Shown: in pieces, positions 45,646 through 57,976 of the stretch
Numbering within the stretch: the stretch's first letter is position 1
How the letters are laid out: each line of letters begins with the position of its first letter
NCBI RefSeq assembly: GCF_018977255.1
Contig: NW_024704770.1
Coordinates: 3,410,001-3,474,000 of the forward strand
From: Callorhinchus milii
Taxonomy: Eukaryota
DNA length: 64,000 nt
Direction of reading: 5' to 3'
Notes under the pieces: model-generated
The model's database searches: none
The model's input: only the letters and a program-made list of their open reading frames with translations
Told to the model about the DNA's origin: nothing
Position numbers and translations under genes: made by a program

Positions 45646-48600
45646 GTTACACTACGGGACTCCCACCTTTGCTTGAAGAGAGATGGGTCTGTGAGTGAGA
45701 GTGGAGTCGGTCCTCTGTGACGGTCTCTGTAGTGTGTGTGTGTGTGTGTGACAGAGATTGAGTTCCAGGGGTTAGGAGTGTAGTGGTTGATAACAACGGC
45801 CACTGAAGGACGGGATGAGGAGTAAATGCACAAAGGAAGGGGCGGAAACGGAAATGCGTTACTAAAATAAAACACTGCCCTGGAAAACTGGCTCAGGGAC
45901 CGGACCCAGGGAGCGTCACGGAGGGAGGGCTCGGTTCTGATATTGCGTTGCCAAACATGTCACCTTGGGGCCAGTTCAGCTCCGAGGAGACCCCACTTAC
46001 CCCCCCCAAGAAAATGTCCTCATCGTGAAGTGGAGGGAATTCATTTTATTCATTAGAAGTACAAAGAGGAATCCTGTTAAGTTGCACAGAATGAGCTCAG
46101 TCTGAGGCTGCACCAGAGCTCAGCCCAAGTCATGATGATAGTAATAATAATCCTCGCATTTGATACAGCGCCTCATCACGTCTTCGAGACGTCTCAAAGC
46201 GCTTCACAGAATATACTGTAAACTGAATTGACTGTATATTTTGTGGGCGAAATGCGGCAGCCGATCGCGCACAGCAGCGTCCCCACAAACAGCCGCGGAT
46301 TGAGCAACAAAATTATTCTTATTTTTTCGGGGGGAGGGATTATTATTATTACCCCCCGGAAAGTGATCCGCCAATCGACTAACAACCGGGTTCCTGCTTC
46401 CCGCCGGGTGAGCAGAGGGGTGTGTGCGCGTGTGTAAGGAATAAGGAGACTTGCCTGAGGTAACTCTTCTGTGAAGCGCTTTGAGACGTCTCAACGGCAT
46501 AAAAAGGCACTGAGTAATAAAATATAACAATAATCCTTGTGTTCAATACAGCGCCCCGTCACGTCTTTGAGACGTCGCAGAGCGCTTCACAGGATATACT
46601 GTCAAGTGTAGTGACTGTGTAGCGAAGTGGGCAATATATCAAATGCCAGGATTATGATGATGCTGATGATTTGAAGGACATTTTTTCACGGAATCAATCA
46701 TAAGAACAAACAAAAAAAAAGGCACTGAGGTATACTGTCCTTGCCAGCAGTGACTCTGGTCTGTCACACACACACACACACACCACGCACACACAGGGAC
46801 TCCGTCTGGGGAGTGATTCCTCATTGCGGGGGGGGGGGGGTGGGGGGAGGTTGTGGGAAGGGATTTATTTTTAAAAACTTTAGGCTCAGTTCTGTTATTA
46901 CACGTCATCTATTTAACAATTATTTTTTTCCCCTCAATTTCCCCCATTAGAAAATAAATACTTTTGCCTGAGTAGTGTAAGACAAGTTAAAAAAAAAACA
47001 CACAAGGAGATAGTGGGGGCGGGGAGGGGGGGGGTTAGTTAAGGACAGGGTGAGCTTACGGAGGGCGATCGTGTGAGGGGGGGAAGAAAAGGAGGGAATT
47101 AATCCCCCCCCCAGCTCCAATTCCCCCTCCGTTCCCCCCATGACAGAGACCACACACCCCTTTATTTATTATTATTATTCTTTTCTTGCTTTACAATTTA
47201 CCAGCATATAAAACGAGCAAGAAATATTATTATTATTAAAAATCTCCCGACTGGGTCTGAATCTGGATGGATTTTATTGTCATATATATTCTAGATATAT
47301 ATGGAGAGAGAGAGAGAGAGATTTTTTTATTATTATTTATGTATTGAAAAAAGGCTTTGTCGGAAATTCAGGCTGAATCGAGAGATGTTCTTCGGTTCAG
47401 TGTTTAAGTTAAGAGTCTGACGGGGTTAAGGCTGGGAGTAATTTTGGTGGCTGTAACACACACACACGCACCCACACATACACCCACACACACAGGCACA
47501 CACACACGCGCACACACACACACACGCACGTGCACCTCCCCAAAGGCAATGGGACAAATTACAATTCAAAGCCATTTTTACATCTGTGGGTGAATTAGGT
47601 AAAGCAGGAGGTGTCCCTCCAGGGAGAGAGGGAGGGAGAGAGGGAGAGGGAGAGGGAGGGAGAGAGGGAGAGGGAGGGAGAGGGAGAGAGAGCGCATTCC
47701 ATTCCATTCCAACAATCTGTCTCTGGCATTTCCACGTGGAGTTGGGACGTGTGGAATTCTCAGTTTGGGTTTGGAGACTCTTAGGCAACGGTGATGGGTT
47801 TCCATGTGCGTCAGACACAAAACACACGTACTCTCCCCCACCCACCCCTCCCCCCAGCACCCACCAACACACACACCCACACACATAGCCACATACACAC
47901 CCACACACACACACACACACACACACAGGTGGCAGAGCTAATCACAAGTCAAAGCATCTTGTCTCCTCTTTTTCTCTCTCTCTCTCTCTCTGTGACACCA
48001 GATAGATGAGATGAGGTCACCCACAGACTGGGAGTGCGGTGGTCTGGCTCAGTGGGTAGCACTCCCTTCCCCGCGCCCCCCCAGCCCCCCTCCTCGCCGC
48101 CCCCCCCTCTCAGCCCCACCCGGGTGGGGGTGATGACTTGGGAGTTCACAGTCCAGGCGTTCCATTTGACACCCAATATGGGGTGGGGATATGGAGGGTG
48201 GGGGATGGAGTGGGTGGGGGTGGTGGGGAGGAGGGAGAAGGAAGCAAATGGTGACGTGTTGGAGACACCGTCTTTCAGACGAGACATTGAGTTGAGTTTC
48301 CCCGTCAGCACCTGTTCGGGCAGACGTTAAGGGTTCCTCCCCTTCCCCCCCCCTCCCCAACCCCTGATGTCCCAGCCTCCCCCCGCCCCCCCCACCGCCC
48401 GCCCATGTAAATCGCTCGCTCCCCCCCACGGCTCTTTGCCGTGTGCTAAACACCGGCTGCTACACGTCCCTCCCGAGAGGAACGCGGGACCCTCCCTACA
48501 CGCGGACCCCTTAAAAGGTATGCGCCACGTGGCGACGTTAAAGGCACTGACCAAGGCACGGGTTATTATCTGTAGGCAAAAAAAACGGGACCCCATAAGC

Positions 48601-48959
48601 CCAACGGTGAGGTGATCTGAGCCTGAGCCCAGTGGGGCTCACTCCCCCTCCATCCCATTCCCCAGTTTGCCCTCTGGGATGATTTGGCGGGGGGGGGGGG
48701 GGGGGACATTGAACTTGTGTGGGGGGGGCAGGGGAGAATTAAGGGAAGAGGGTGTTGTGGACTGTACAGGCAGGTTGGGGAGGAGGGGTGGGGGAGAGGG
48801 AGGGGTGGGGGAGAGGGAGGGGGAACGGACGGACATCAGATCTATTCCAAAATCCTCACTCGAAGGCAAGTTCCTAAAACAAAATGGACAAGGGATTGGG
48901 CTTCAATCGTCTAATGGGCTCTGGGAGCAGGTGACCAGGAGCAGAGTCTGGGCTCGTTC

Positions 48960-51900
48960 CTACTGCACCTTCTCCGCCAACAGCAGCCGACTGGGTTTGC
49001 GGGATCGGAATCGCAGGAGGATCTTGCAGCAGCCTCTGCCGATCTTATACATCCAGATAACGTTCAGCACGTCCAGACTGATGCTGGATGTAAGCCAGGC
49101 ACACTGCGGCCCCAGCCCCAGGCGCTCAAACCCCTCCGTCCCAAACGTGTCCACCACCTTGTGGTAGTAGGAGGGGATGACAGCGATCCTCACCAGGAAG
49201 AAGGTGCCGGCCATGGCCACTCCATTCAACATCGCCAGCGTCTTGGTCCGCGGGAAGCCCAACACCTCGAAGAACCACCTGGAGTTAANNNNNNNNNNNN
49301 NNNNNNNNNNNNNNNNNNNNNNNNNNNNNNNNNNNNNNNNNNNNNNNNNNNNNNNNNNNNNNNNNNNNNNNNNNNNNNNNNNNNNNNNNNNNNNNNNNNN
49401 NNNNNNNNNNNNNNNNNNNNNNNNNNNNNNNNNCAAACACAGAGACACTCACAGACACACACACAGATACTCATAGACACACGCAGAGACACAGAGAGAG
49501 ACACTCAGACACAGACACACACATACAGACACACAGAGTCAGAGAGACACACACACACACCCACACGCACAGAGAGAGACACACACACCCACACGCACAG
49601 AGGGAGATACACACATACATACACACACACACACACACACACGCGCACAGAGACACACACACACACTCAAGAGAACAATCAATACTGAGTTACGGAGATT
49701 GCAGCAAAACTGAAAAGATTCCTTTGTGCCTTTTTTATTCTTATAATAATAATAATAATAATCCTGGCGTTTGACCCGGCGCCTCATCACGTCATCAGGA
49801 TACACTGTGAAGTGTAGTGACTGTGTGTTTTTGGAGGCAAAATGTGACAGCCAATTGTGCACAGAGACGCCCCCACAAACAGTCGTGGATTGATTCACCA
49901 AATTATTATTTATTTTGGAGGAATTATTACCCCCAGAAAGTGATCTAACGATCGACTAACAACCAGATTCCTACTTACTGCTGATAAACTGAGGCGCGTG
50001 TGTGTGTGTGTGTGTGACTGTGTGTGACTGTGTGTGCGTGTGTGTGGAGTAAGGAAACTTGCCTAAGTTTCACCCTGACCTGACGTGCCTGGGAACCGAA
50101 CCCGGCTCTCTCGCTGGCGGGGGCTCTAACCCCTGAGCTACGAGACTCCGGCAACTTACCTCTGGTTGACAAACGGAGTGGAGAGCTCCGCGATCAGCCG
50201 GAAGTTGGCAAAATAGGGAAGGAGGCCCCGGTTCTGTGGAAGAAACACATGGAGGATGTGAAACAGTTCGCGCGTTGGGAATGTTCTGGGAAAGTTCCGG
50301 AGACGGCTAAACCAAGTGGGGGGGGGGAAGGGTCCAACCTTTGGCCGGCCGAGGGCTGGATGCCCAGTTTGAGAAATGTCTGGAAGGGGGGAGGTGGGGG
50401 GGCAAAGGCATGAGCAATATTTTTGGTTTCCCTTCCAGAAACATAACGTAAGATAACATTTCCGGGTTGTGGGGGTGGGGGGGGGGGATGAACAACAGCA
50501 ACAACACTATGTTTGTAAAGTGCCTTTCACATCGGGAGGACGTCCCAAGGCACCAAACAGTCGGGGATCAGAGCCTGAGCGTGTGGTGGGGGGGGGGGGG
50601 GTTGGGGTGAGGGAGGGCAGGGGTAAGAGGGCGGCCGAAAAGGAGGGTCTTGAGTCATGCCTTGAAGGAGGCAAGGGAGGGAGCGAGGCCAAGGTTGGGA
50701 TGGAGTTGCAGAGGAGGAGGAGGCATGATATGGAGTGGGGGGGATGAATTTGGCCGAAGCAGCCACCATTTGGACCACTCTGGGGTGAGAGCTGGCAGTG
50801 GCCGGACTTACCAGCACATACTGGTAGGCGTAGAGAGCCGCCAAGTGGTGGCAGAGGAAAAAGCCGTCACCTATTGTCGTCCAGTGGCACAGGAGCAGCA
50901 CTAAATCTGCAAGAGAGCACGGGCATGAGCGGGCAAAGCCAAGAGACTGATGGGAGAGAGGGCAGAGCCAACCAACACACCAACAGCACAGACATAGCCA
51001 AAGCCAACACACCAACAGCACAGACACAGCCAAAGCCAACACACCAACAGCACAGACACAGCCAAAGCCAACACACCAACAGCACAGACACAGCCAAAGC
51101 CAACACACCAACAGCACAGACACAGCCAAAGCCAACACAGCAACAGCACGGACACAGCCAAAGCCAACACACCAACAGCACAGACACAGCCAAAGCCAAC
51201 ACACCAACAGCACAGACACACCAACAGCACGGACACAGCCAAAGCCAACACACCAACAGCACAGACACAGCCAAAGCCAACACACCAACAGCACAGACAC
51301 ACCAACAGCACAGACACAGCCAAAGCCAACACACCAACAGCACAGACACAGCCAAAGCCAACACACCAACAGCACAGACACAGCCAAAGCCAACACACCA
51401 ACAGCACGGACACAGCCAAAGCCAACACACCACAGCACGGACACAGCCAAAGCCAACACACCAACAGCACGGACACAGCCAAAGCCAACACACCAACAGC
51501 ACGGACACAGCCAAAGCCAACACACCAACAGCACGGACACAGCCAAAGCCAACACACCAACAGCACGGACACAGCCAAAGCCAACACACCAACAGCACGG
51601 ACACAGCCAAAGCCAACACACCAACAGCACGGACACAGCCAAAGCCAACACACCAACAGCACGGACACAGCCAAAGCCAACACACCAACAGCACGGACAC
51701 AGCCAAAGCCAACACACCAACAGCACGGACACAGCCAAAGCCAACACACCAACAGCACGGACACAGCCAAAGCCAACACACCAACAGCACGGACACAGCC
51801 AAAGCCAACACACCAACAGCACGGACACAGCCAAAGCCGGTGAACAATGAGAGACAAAGCCAAGGCCAATTGGGAATGAGGCACAGATCATTGCAAAGCC

Positions 51901-53267
51901 ACAGAGACCAATGGAAGGGAGTGAACAGCGAGAGGGAGAGTAACAACGGGAGGAAGGGAGAGAGAGGGAGGGAAAGACAGACAAGTGAGAGAGCAACCAC
52001 AAAGGGATAGAGAGAGAGCGCACAAGAAGAGAGAGAGAGCAAGGAGAGCGGGTGAGCAAGGTCACGGTGATGAGGGCATAGAACCAACAAAGCTCAGGAG
52101 ACAAGGACAGGCAGTCGAGGCGCTGAAGCAAAGCCAAGCCCCCGGTGACCGTGGGAAACCTTCCTCCTCCCGGGAATGTTCTCCCATCAACCAAGCTCTC
52201 TGGAAAAACCTCCAAGCGCAGAAACAGGTCAACATGGCTGCTGTCTGTCACCGTGATCTTACAGAATGGCGGAATAGGCTCAAGGGGCTGAATGGCCTCC
52301 TCCTGTACCTATAATGGCAGCTAACTCTAGGTGTTGCTCCCGTGCTTTGAAGGGCTGAGTGAGAGACACTCACTCTCAAATGGAGGCAGAGAGAGAGATG
52401 TTTAGAGAGGGAGAGAGGGGAGAGTGGGAGAGAGAGGCAGGGAGAGAGAGAGGGGCGGGGGAGACAGAGAAAGGGATAGAGGGAGAGGACCCCAAGAATT
52501 TCAACCATAGATAGAAGAAACTTGGCTCCAAAAAAACCAAAGGCAATTGCCATTAGCTGCTGGGTGTCTGTTCGCTGGTGTGTGGGTGTGTATGTGGGTG
52601 TGTGTATGTGTGTGGGTGGGAGGCGTAACTCACCATTTATGAGATAACCTGAAGCGATTGCTATATTCACCTTCACTAATTTGGGGTCACCCCTGTGTGA
52701 GAGAGAGAGAGACTTTCATTTAATCCACATTCCCTGGTTCTCCTCAACACTCGCCTCGATCAGAGAAAGATAACAGAGAGAAAGAGAGAGATTACAGAGA
52801 GAGATTGTGTGGGGAAAAGAGAGAGAGAGATTACAGAGCAAGAGAATAGAGAGAGAGAGAGAATATAGGGAGAGAGAGGGAGTTAGAGAGGTTACAGAAA
52901 GTGAGGGGGAGAGAGTGAGGTTACAGGGAGAGAGAATACAGAGAGGGGGAGAAAGAGAGAGAGATTACAGAGAGAGAGAGATTACAGAGAGAGATTAAAG
53001 AGAGAGATAGCAGAGAGCGCGGGGGAAGATCACAGAGAGAGGAGTGAGTGACAGAGTGATTGCACTGAGGGTCACAGAGCAGTGGGTCATCCAGGCAAGG
53101 CTTGCTGTGAGCGAGCTGTGAGGGAACCTAGCGCTGGTGTGTGTGTGTGGGGGGGCGGGGGGGGGGGGGGGGCTAAACCGTGGGGCTAAACAGTGGCAAA
53201 CAAAGGAAGCGTTCAGAGCGGGTCTGGGAATGTTGGTGCCTGTGATTGAGGAGATTAGAGGCTGATC

Positions 53268-53303
<36 letters not shown>

Positions 53304-54229
53304 TAGCAGCTTTGCTGTAGCTTTACTCGATCACATTTGTACTGATCCAGCACCTCATGGGGGGGGGGGGGGCGGAACAAATCGACAGAGCCAAAAGCAG
53401 GGAAAAGGGGGGATAAAATGTTCAAGTCCAAACCCTACAGCGTTAAGCGCAGACGGAAACATTTGCCCATCGAGCCCGTGTTGTCTCTCTGTAAAGGATC
53501 CAATGGTCAGTCAGTCTCTCAGTAAGCGGATCACACTGTGCTGGACACAGCCGGTCTCTCAACAACAACAACTTGCATTCACTGTGCCCCCTCACGCAGG
53601 GCAGCGACCCAGAGCGCTCGACAGTAGCACAGCACGACTCTGAGCCGAGGGGAGGGAGGGGGGAGGTGACTGATGGTGGAGCGGAGGGCACAAGGGACAT
53701 GCAGGAGGCTGGAGCCAGTCGAGCGGAGGCTGTGGGTTGGGGTGGGGTAAGCAGGTTGGAGAGGTAGGGAGGTGCCAGGGCATGAAGGGGTTTGAAGACA
53801 AGTGTGAGGATCTTGAAATCAATCCAATCGGTGATAGGGAGCCAGTGGGGGCTGGCGAGGGCTGGGGTGATGGGGGGACCGGGTTTAGTGTGTGTGATAG
53901 GGAGCCAGTGGAGCCGGGCGAGGGCTGGGGTGATGGGGGTACAGGGTTAGTGTGTGTGATAGGGAGCCAGTGGGGCCGGGCGAGGGCTGGGGTGATGGGG
54001 TACGGGGTTTAGTGTGTGTGATAGGGAGCCAGTGGGGCCGGGCGAGGGCTGGGGTGATGGGGTACGGGGTTTAGTGTGTGTGATAGGGAGCCAGTGGAGC
54101 CGGGCAAAAGCCCTTTCCCCTTTTCGCGGTTGCTTACCATACTGGGTCCCTGTTCACTGCCTCATCGAACCAGAGAATGTACAGAGACAGCGATCCGACC
54201 AACAGCGCGTGTAGTGTTGAGACACACCT

Positions 54230-54265
<36 letters not shown>

Positions 54266-54578
54266 AACAGGTAAACACGTGAAGTGGAGTCCCTGTAGCT
54301 CAGTGGTCACAGCGCTCGCCTCGCAAGCCAGAGGAACCCGGGTTCGATTCCCGGGCGGGACAGGGTGAAAGGTTAGGCCTAGGGGTTCGAGATCGGACAC
54401 TGCGCTCCCCTCCCCCACGGTGGAGTGGCCCCTACCTGGAGTTCCACTCTGTTTTCTGGACCTCGCTGAGGAGTTTGTAGCCGGGGCTGAGCGAGGCGGA
54501 CAGACGGGGACTTGCTATGTGGAACAGCACCTGGAACAGAGAGAAGCTGCCGGCCACCAGCAGGTAACTGGCTTCCAT
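48960..54578 (-). CDS. TLCD4: TLC domain-containing protein 4-like (TMEM56 family, 259 aa); exons 54578-54436, 54227-54138, 52692-52634, 50906-50812, 50233-50160, 49278-48960
   Basis: [25 protein letters not shown]...[24 protein letters not shown]/...[12 protein letters not shown]/...[20 protein letters not shown]...FFLVRIA...[15 protein letters not shown], all TLC-domain motifs of TMEM56; 780 nt in phase. Confidence 0.88.
49745..50150 (-). mobile_element. tRNA-derived SINE, reverse orientation
   Basis: Reverse family head and tail. Confidence 0.75.
50970..51840 (+). repeat. 32-bp minisatellite (ACACAGCCAAAGCCAACACACCAACAGCACGG)n, about 27 copies, in a TLCD4-like intron
   Basis: Directly visible; the ORF translations repeat with a 32-aa period (3 x 32 nt). 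Confidence 0.95.
53830..54105 (-). repeat. About 62-bp tandem repeat (about 4.5 copies) derived from L2 LINE ORF2 sequence
   Basis: The unit on the minus strand reads [14 protein letters not shown] and is contiguous with an L2 fragment ([21 protein letters not shown]). Confidence 0.75.
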
Positions 54579-55343
54579 CACAGCTCAGCTCAGCTCAGCC
54601 CCTGAGGAGACAACACGGATCAGCACAGACCAGCTCAGCCCCCACCCGCATCTACTACAGTAATCACACACACACATGCACACACGGGCTCTCTCTCTCT
54701 CTCTCACGCGCTCTTGCGTACACTCTCTCTCTCTCTCTCTGTCTCTCGCACACACGCACGCACGCTCTCGCACACGCATGCCCGCGCTTTCTTCCACGCG
54801 CGCTCTCTCTCGCACAAGTGCTCTCTCGCCCGCGTTCTGTCTCGCAACGCGCGCGCAAGTGCCGCTTGCAGCTCACACCCGGGATCCCAGATCCCCCGCA
54901 CTCTCTCTCTCTCTGTCTCTCTGTCTCTCTGTCTGTCTGTCTGTCTGCCGTCTACATCGCTTCTGCTCAAAACACCAAAACACACAGTCACTACACTTTA
55001 CGGTGCATCCCGTGAAGCGCTTTGAGACATCTCGAAGACGTGATGAGGCGCCGGGTCAAATGCGAGGAGGGGCTGGGTAGGAGCGAGGCTGGGTGGGGGG
55101 GGCTGGGTAGGAGGGTGAGGGGGGTGGCTGGGAGGAGGGGGGGGGTGGTCCTGGGCAGGAGGGTGGGGGGGTGATCCTGGGCAGGAGGGTGGGGGGTGGT
55201 CCTGGGCAGGAGGGTGGGGTGGGTCCTGGGCAGGAGGGGGGTGGTCCTGGGCAGGAGGGTGGGGGGTGGTCCTGGGCAGGAGGGTGGGGGCCCGATGGTG
55301 GTCGCTGGCAGAGGAGGATCTTGAGACGGGCTTTGAGACTCAC

Positions 55344-57976
55344 CGCTGTGTACAGAGCTGCGTACATGCTGAGCGCTGCCTCCTTGGAGGGGAAGGCTCT
55401 GCGTGCGCTGGACACCAGCCTGGGGGGGCCCGTGCAGGGGCGGGGGCTGCTGATGTACTGAGAGGCCGTCCGACAGCCCAGGGCCGTGAAGTTAGGCCGA
55501 CACACGGTGAGGAAGTGGGGGGTCAGGCTGCCCATCACCAGCTGCCCACAGTTCACAAAGATGTCGGTGGCAAACAAGCCAAAGGCATAGACGCCTGCGA
55601 GAGAGAGAGAGAGAGACACACACACAGAGGCTTCTCACATCACTGTCGTTCCGCCCGCAAAACACACAGTCACTACACTTTTATGGTGCGTCCAGTCCCG
55701 CGAAGCGCTTTGAGATGTCTCGACGACGTAATCAAGCGCCGGGTCGAACGCCAGGATTATTATTGCACAGCCTTCCCTTGCTACTCACCATTTCTGTGAC
55801 CTGCTAACCCCCCACCCCACACAGACCTGTTGGGCACCCCCACCCCACCCCACCCCACCGCCCTCCCTCCCTCCCTCTGCTCAGCGGGCTCCAGCCTGCT
55901 CCGCACCCCCCCGCCCCCGCCATCCTCTCTGCCTCCGCCCTCTGGAACTCCATCCCACAGTCCCACGGGTGCAAACCCCTGACTGTCCAGCGCCTTGAGA
56001 TGTCCTCCCGACGTGACAGGCGCCGAGTAAATGTTATTCTTGTTGCTTGGCCAAATGCAGCAATGACGTGTTTAAGGCAGGGATTCCTGTTCCTACGCTC
56101 CCTCCTTCCCTCTCTCTGTGTCTCCCTCCTGGAGTCAGTGGCTGAGCACAGAGAGAGAGAGAGAGAGCAGGGAGCAGCGAAGCAGGGCAGAACAGGACGA
56201 GGGTGGGGCGGGGAGGGGGAAGGGGTGGAGGGGCAAATGTCAGGCTGACCCAGGAACCTGACCACACGTCGGAGCAGAGGGTTGAGGGAGCAGCAATCCG
56301 CAGTCAAGATGGTTCTTTCCTGACGCACAAAATCCACCTGGAAAACAAAGGCAGCCAACTCCCCCAGCACCATCTGCAAAACACGGGGTAACAGAGTTTA
56401 GAAGCCTCTCTCTCTTCCTCTGCCTCTCTCTCCCTCCCTCCCCTCCGCCTTCTCTCGTTCCCTCTACCCCTCTCTCTCTCCCCCTCTCTCTCTCTTCCCC
56501 CTTCTCTCGTTCCCTCTGCCTCTTTCTCTCCCTCTCTCCCTCTGCCTCTCTCTCCCTCTCCATCACTTTGCCTCGCAAGAGAGCGGACCCGGGTTCGATT
56601 TCCGGGCAGGTCGGGCCGGGTTGGGTTGGGTTGGGTTGGGTTGGGTCAGGACGAAACCTTAGGCGAGTTTCCTTACCCCGCGCACACACACGCCTCTGTC
56701 TACCCAGCAGTAAGTAGGAACCTGGTTATTGGTCGATTGGGGGCTCGCTTTCTGGGGGTAATAATCCCTCAAAATAAAATAATAATAATTTGGTCACTCA
56801 ATCCACGGCTGTTTGTGGGGACGCTGCTGTGTGCAATTGGCTGCTGCGTTTCGCCCACAAAATATACAGTCACTACACTTTACAGTGTATTCTGTGAAGC
56901 GCTTTGAGACGTCTCGAAGACGTGATAAGGCGTCCGGTCAAATCCAATGAATATAAATTTTATTATTATTATCATGGGTTATTATCTCTCTACACTGTAC
57001 ATCCACACTCCCAGGTCAGGGTTAGACGTTGTGTGTGTGTATGTGTGTGTGAGTGGGATGGTGGCGCGGGATTGAGTGATGTGTGTGTGTGTGTATGTGG
57101 GTGTGTGTGTGAGTGTGTGTGGGTGTGTGTTTGGGTGTGGGTGTGTGTGTGAGGTGTGGTAATGGAGCAGGGTGGGGGGTGTGATGTGTGTGTGGGAGTG
57201 TGCGTGGGCGCAGGGTGTGACGGGGTGTCCAGTACCTTACCATGACCATGGGCAGGGCAGACACCAGTGAGTACACCAGGACAGGAGGCACAGCACTGAT
57301 CTCCTCGGGGCCTGGGTAAGGCTTCATGTAGGAGCTGTCGAAGCAGAAAAAGCCCTGGGTGTGGACCTGGAAGGTGTCGGTGTATTCAAAGTGATAAGCC
57401 AACAGCACCGTACCCACCATGATCAGCAACTGGAACACAGAGGGCGGGGGGGGGGAGAGAGAGTGAGAGGAGAGTGTGTGTAGAGAGAGAGAGAGAGAGA
57501 GTGAGAGTGTGAGAGGGAGAGACAGAGAAAGAGAGTATGAGAGGGAGAGAGAGAGTGTGTGTGAGAGGGAGAGAGACAGAGAGTGAGTGTGAGAAAGAGG
57601 TTGGGAAAGGGAGAGACAGAAAAGGCTGTAGTGATGGAATTGGAAATGATTGCGGGTGGGTTGGCCTGTCTTGGCTTGGACTGGCTCGGCCTGGGTTGGA
57701 CTGGCTCGGCCTGGGTTGGACTGGCTCGGCCTGGGTTGGACTGGCTCGGCCTGGGTTGGACTGGCTCGGCCTGGCTCGGCCTGGGATGGACTGGCTCGGC
57801 CTGGGTTGGACTGGCTTGGCCTGGGTTGGCCTGGGGTGAGGAGGTCCAGTCTGGCTGCTCAGCCTGGCCTGGCCCCGGGGGAGACCCACCTCCACAAACA
57901 GGAAGCAGGGGATGATGGAGTCGCTCTTGTACATCGTCTCCTTCTCTTTCTTCTTCTCCATCTTCGGCTTCCACAT
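55344..57976 (-). CDS. PLPPR2: Phospholipid phosphatase-related protein (PLPPR2-like), 3'-incomplete; exons 57976 (or 57961)-57890, 57429-57241, 56373-56250, 55594-55344
   Basis: [50 protein letters not shown]/..[30 protein letters not shown]...[15 protein letters not shown]...[26 protein letters not shown]2 is favoured over PLPPR1 by some residues and by 19p13.2 synteny. The downstream exons were not found. Confidence 0.82.
56565..56970 (+). mobile_element. tRNA-derived SINE
   Basis: GCCTCGCAAGAGAGCGGACCCGGGTTCGATTTCCGG head; tail AAGCGCTTTGAGACGTCTCGAAGACGTGATAAGGCG. Confidence 0.8.
57670..57835 (+). repeat. 20-bp minisatellite (CTGGCTCGGCCTGGGTTGGA)n
   Basis: Directly visible. Confidence 0.9.

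Noticed and set aside
50970-51840. CRISPR-like regular 32-bp repeats
   Set aside because: Head-to-tail copies with no unique spacers, no cas genes, inside a vertebrate intron
50527-52251. 574-, 407-, 378- and 327-aa ORFs with Cys/Trp/Val- or Gln/His/Thr-rich repeats
   Set aside because: Translations of a stop-free 32-bp intronic minisatellite; only 50812-50906 is a real exon
54578-55344. In-frame PLPPR2-TLCD4 fusion protein
   Set aside because: Splicing to the 54601 acceptor meets TGA in the PLPPR frame, and the TLCD4 frame also has a TGA upstream of its ATG
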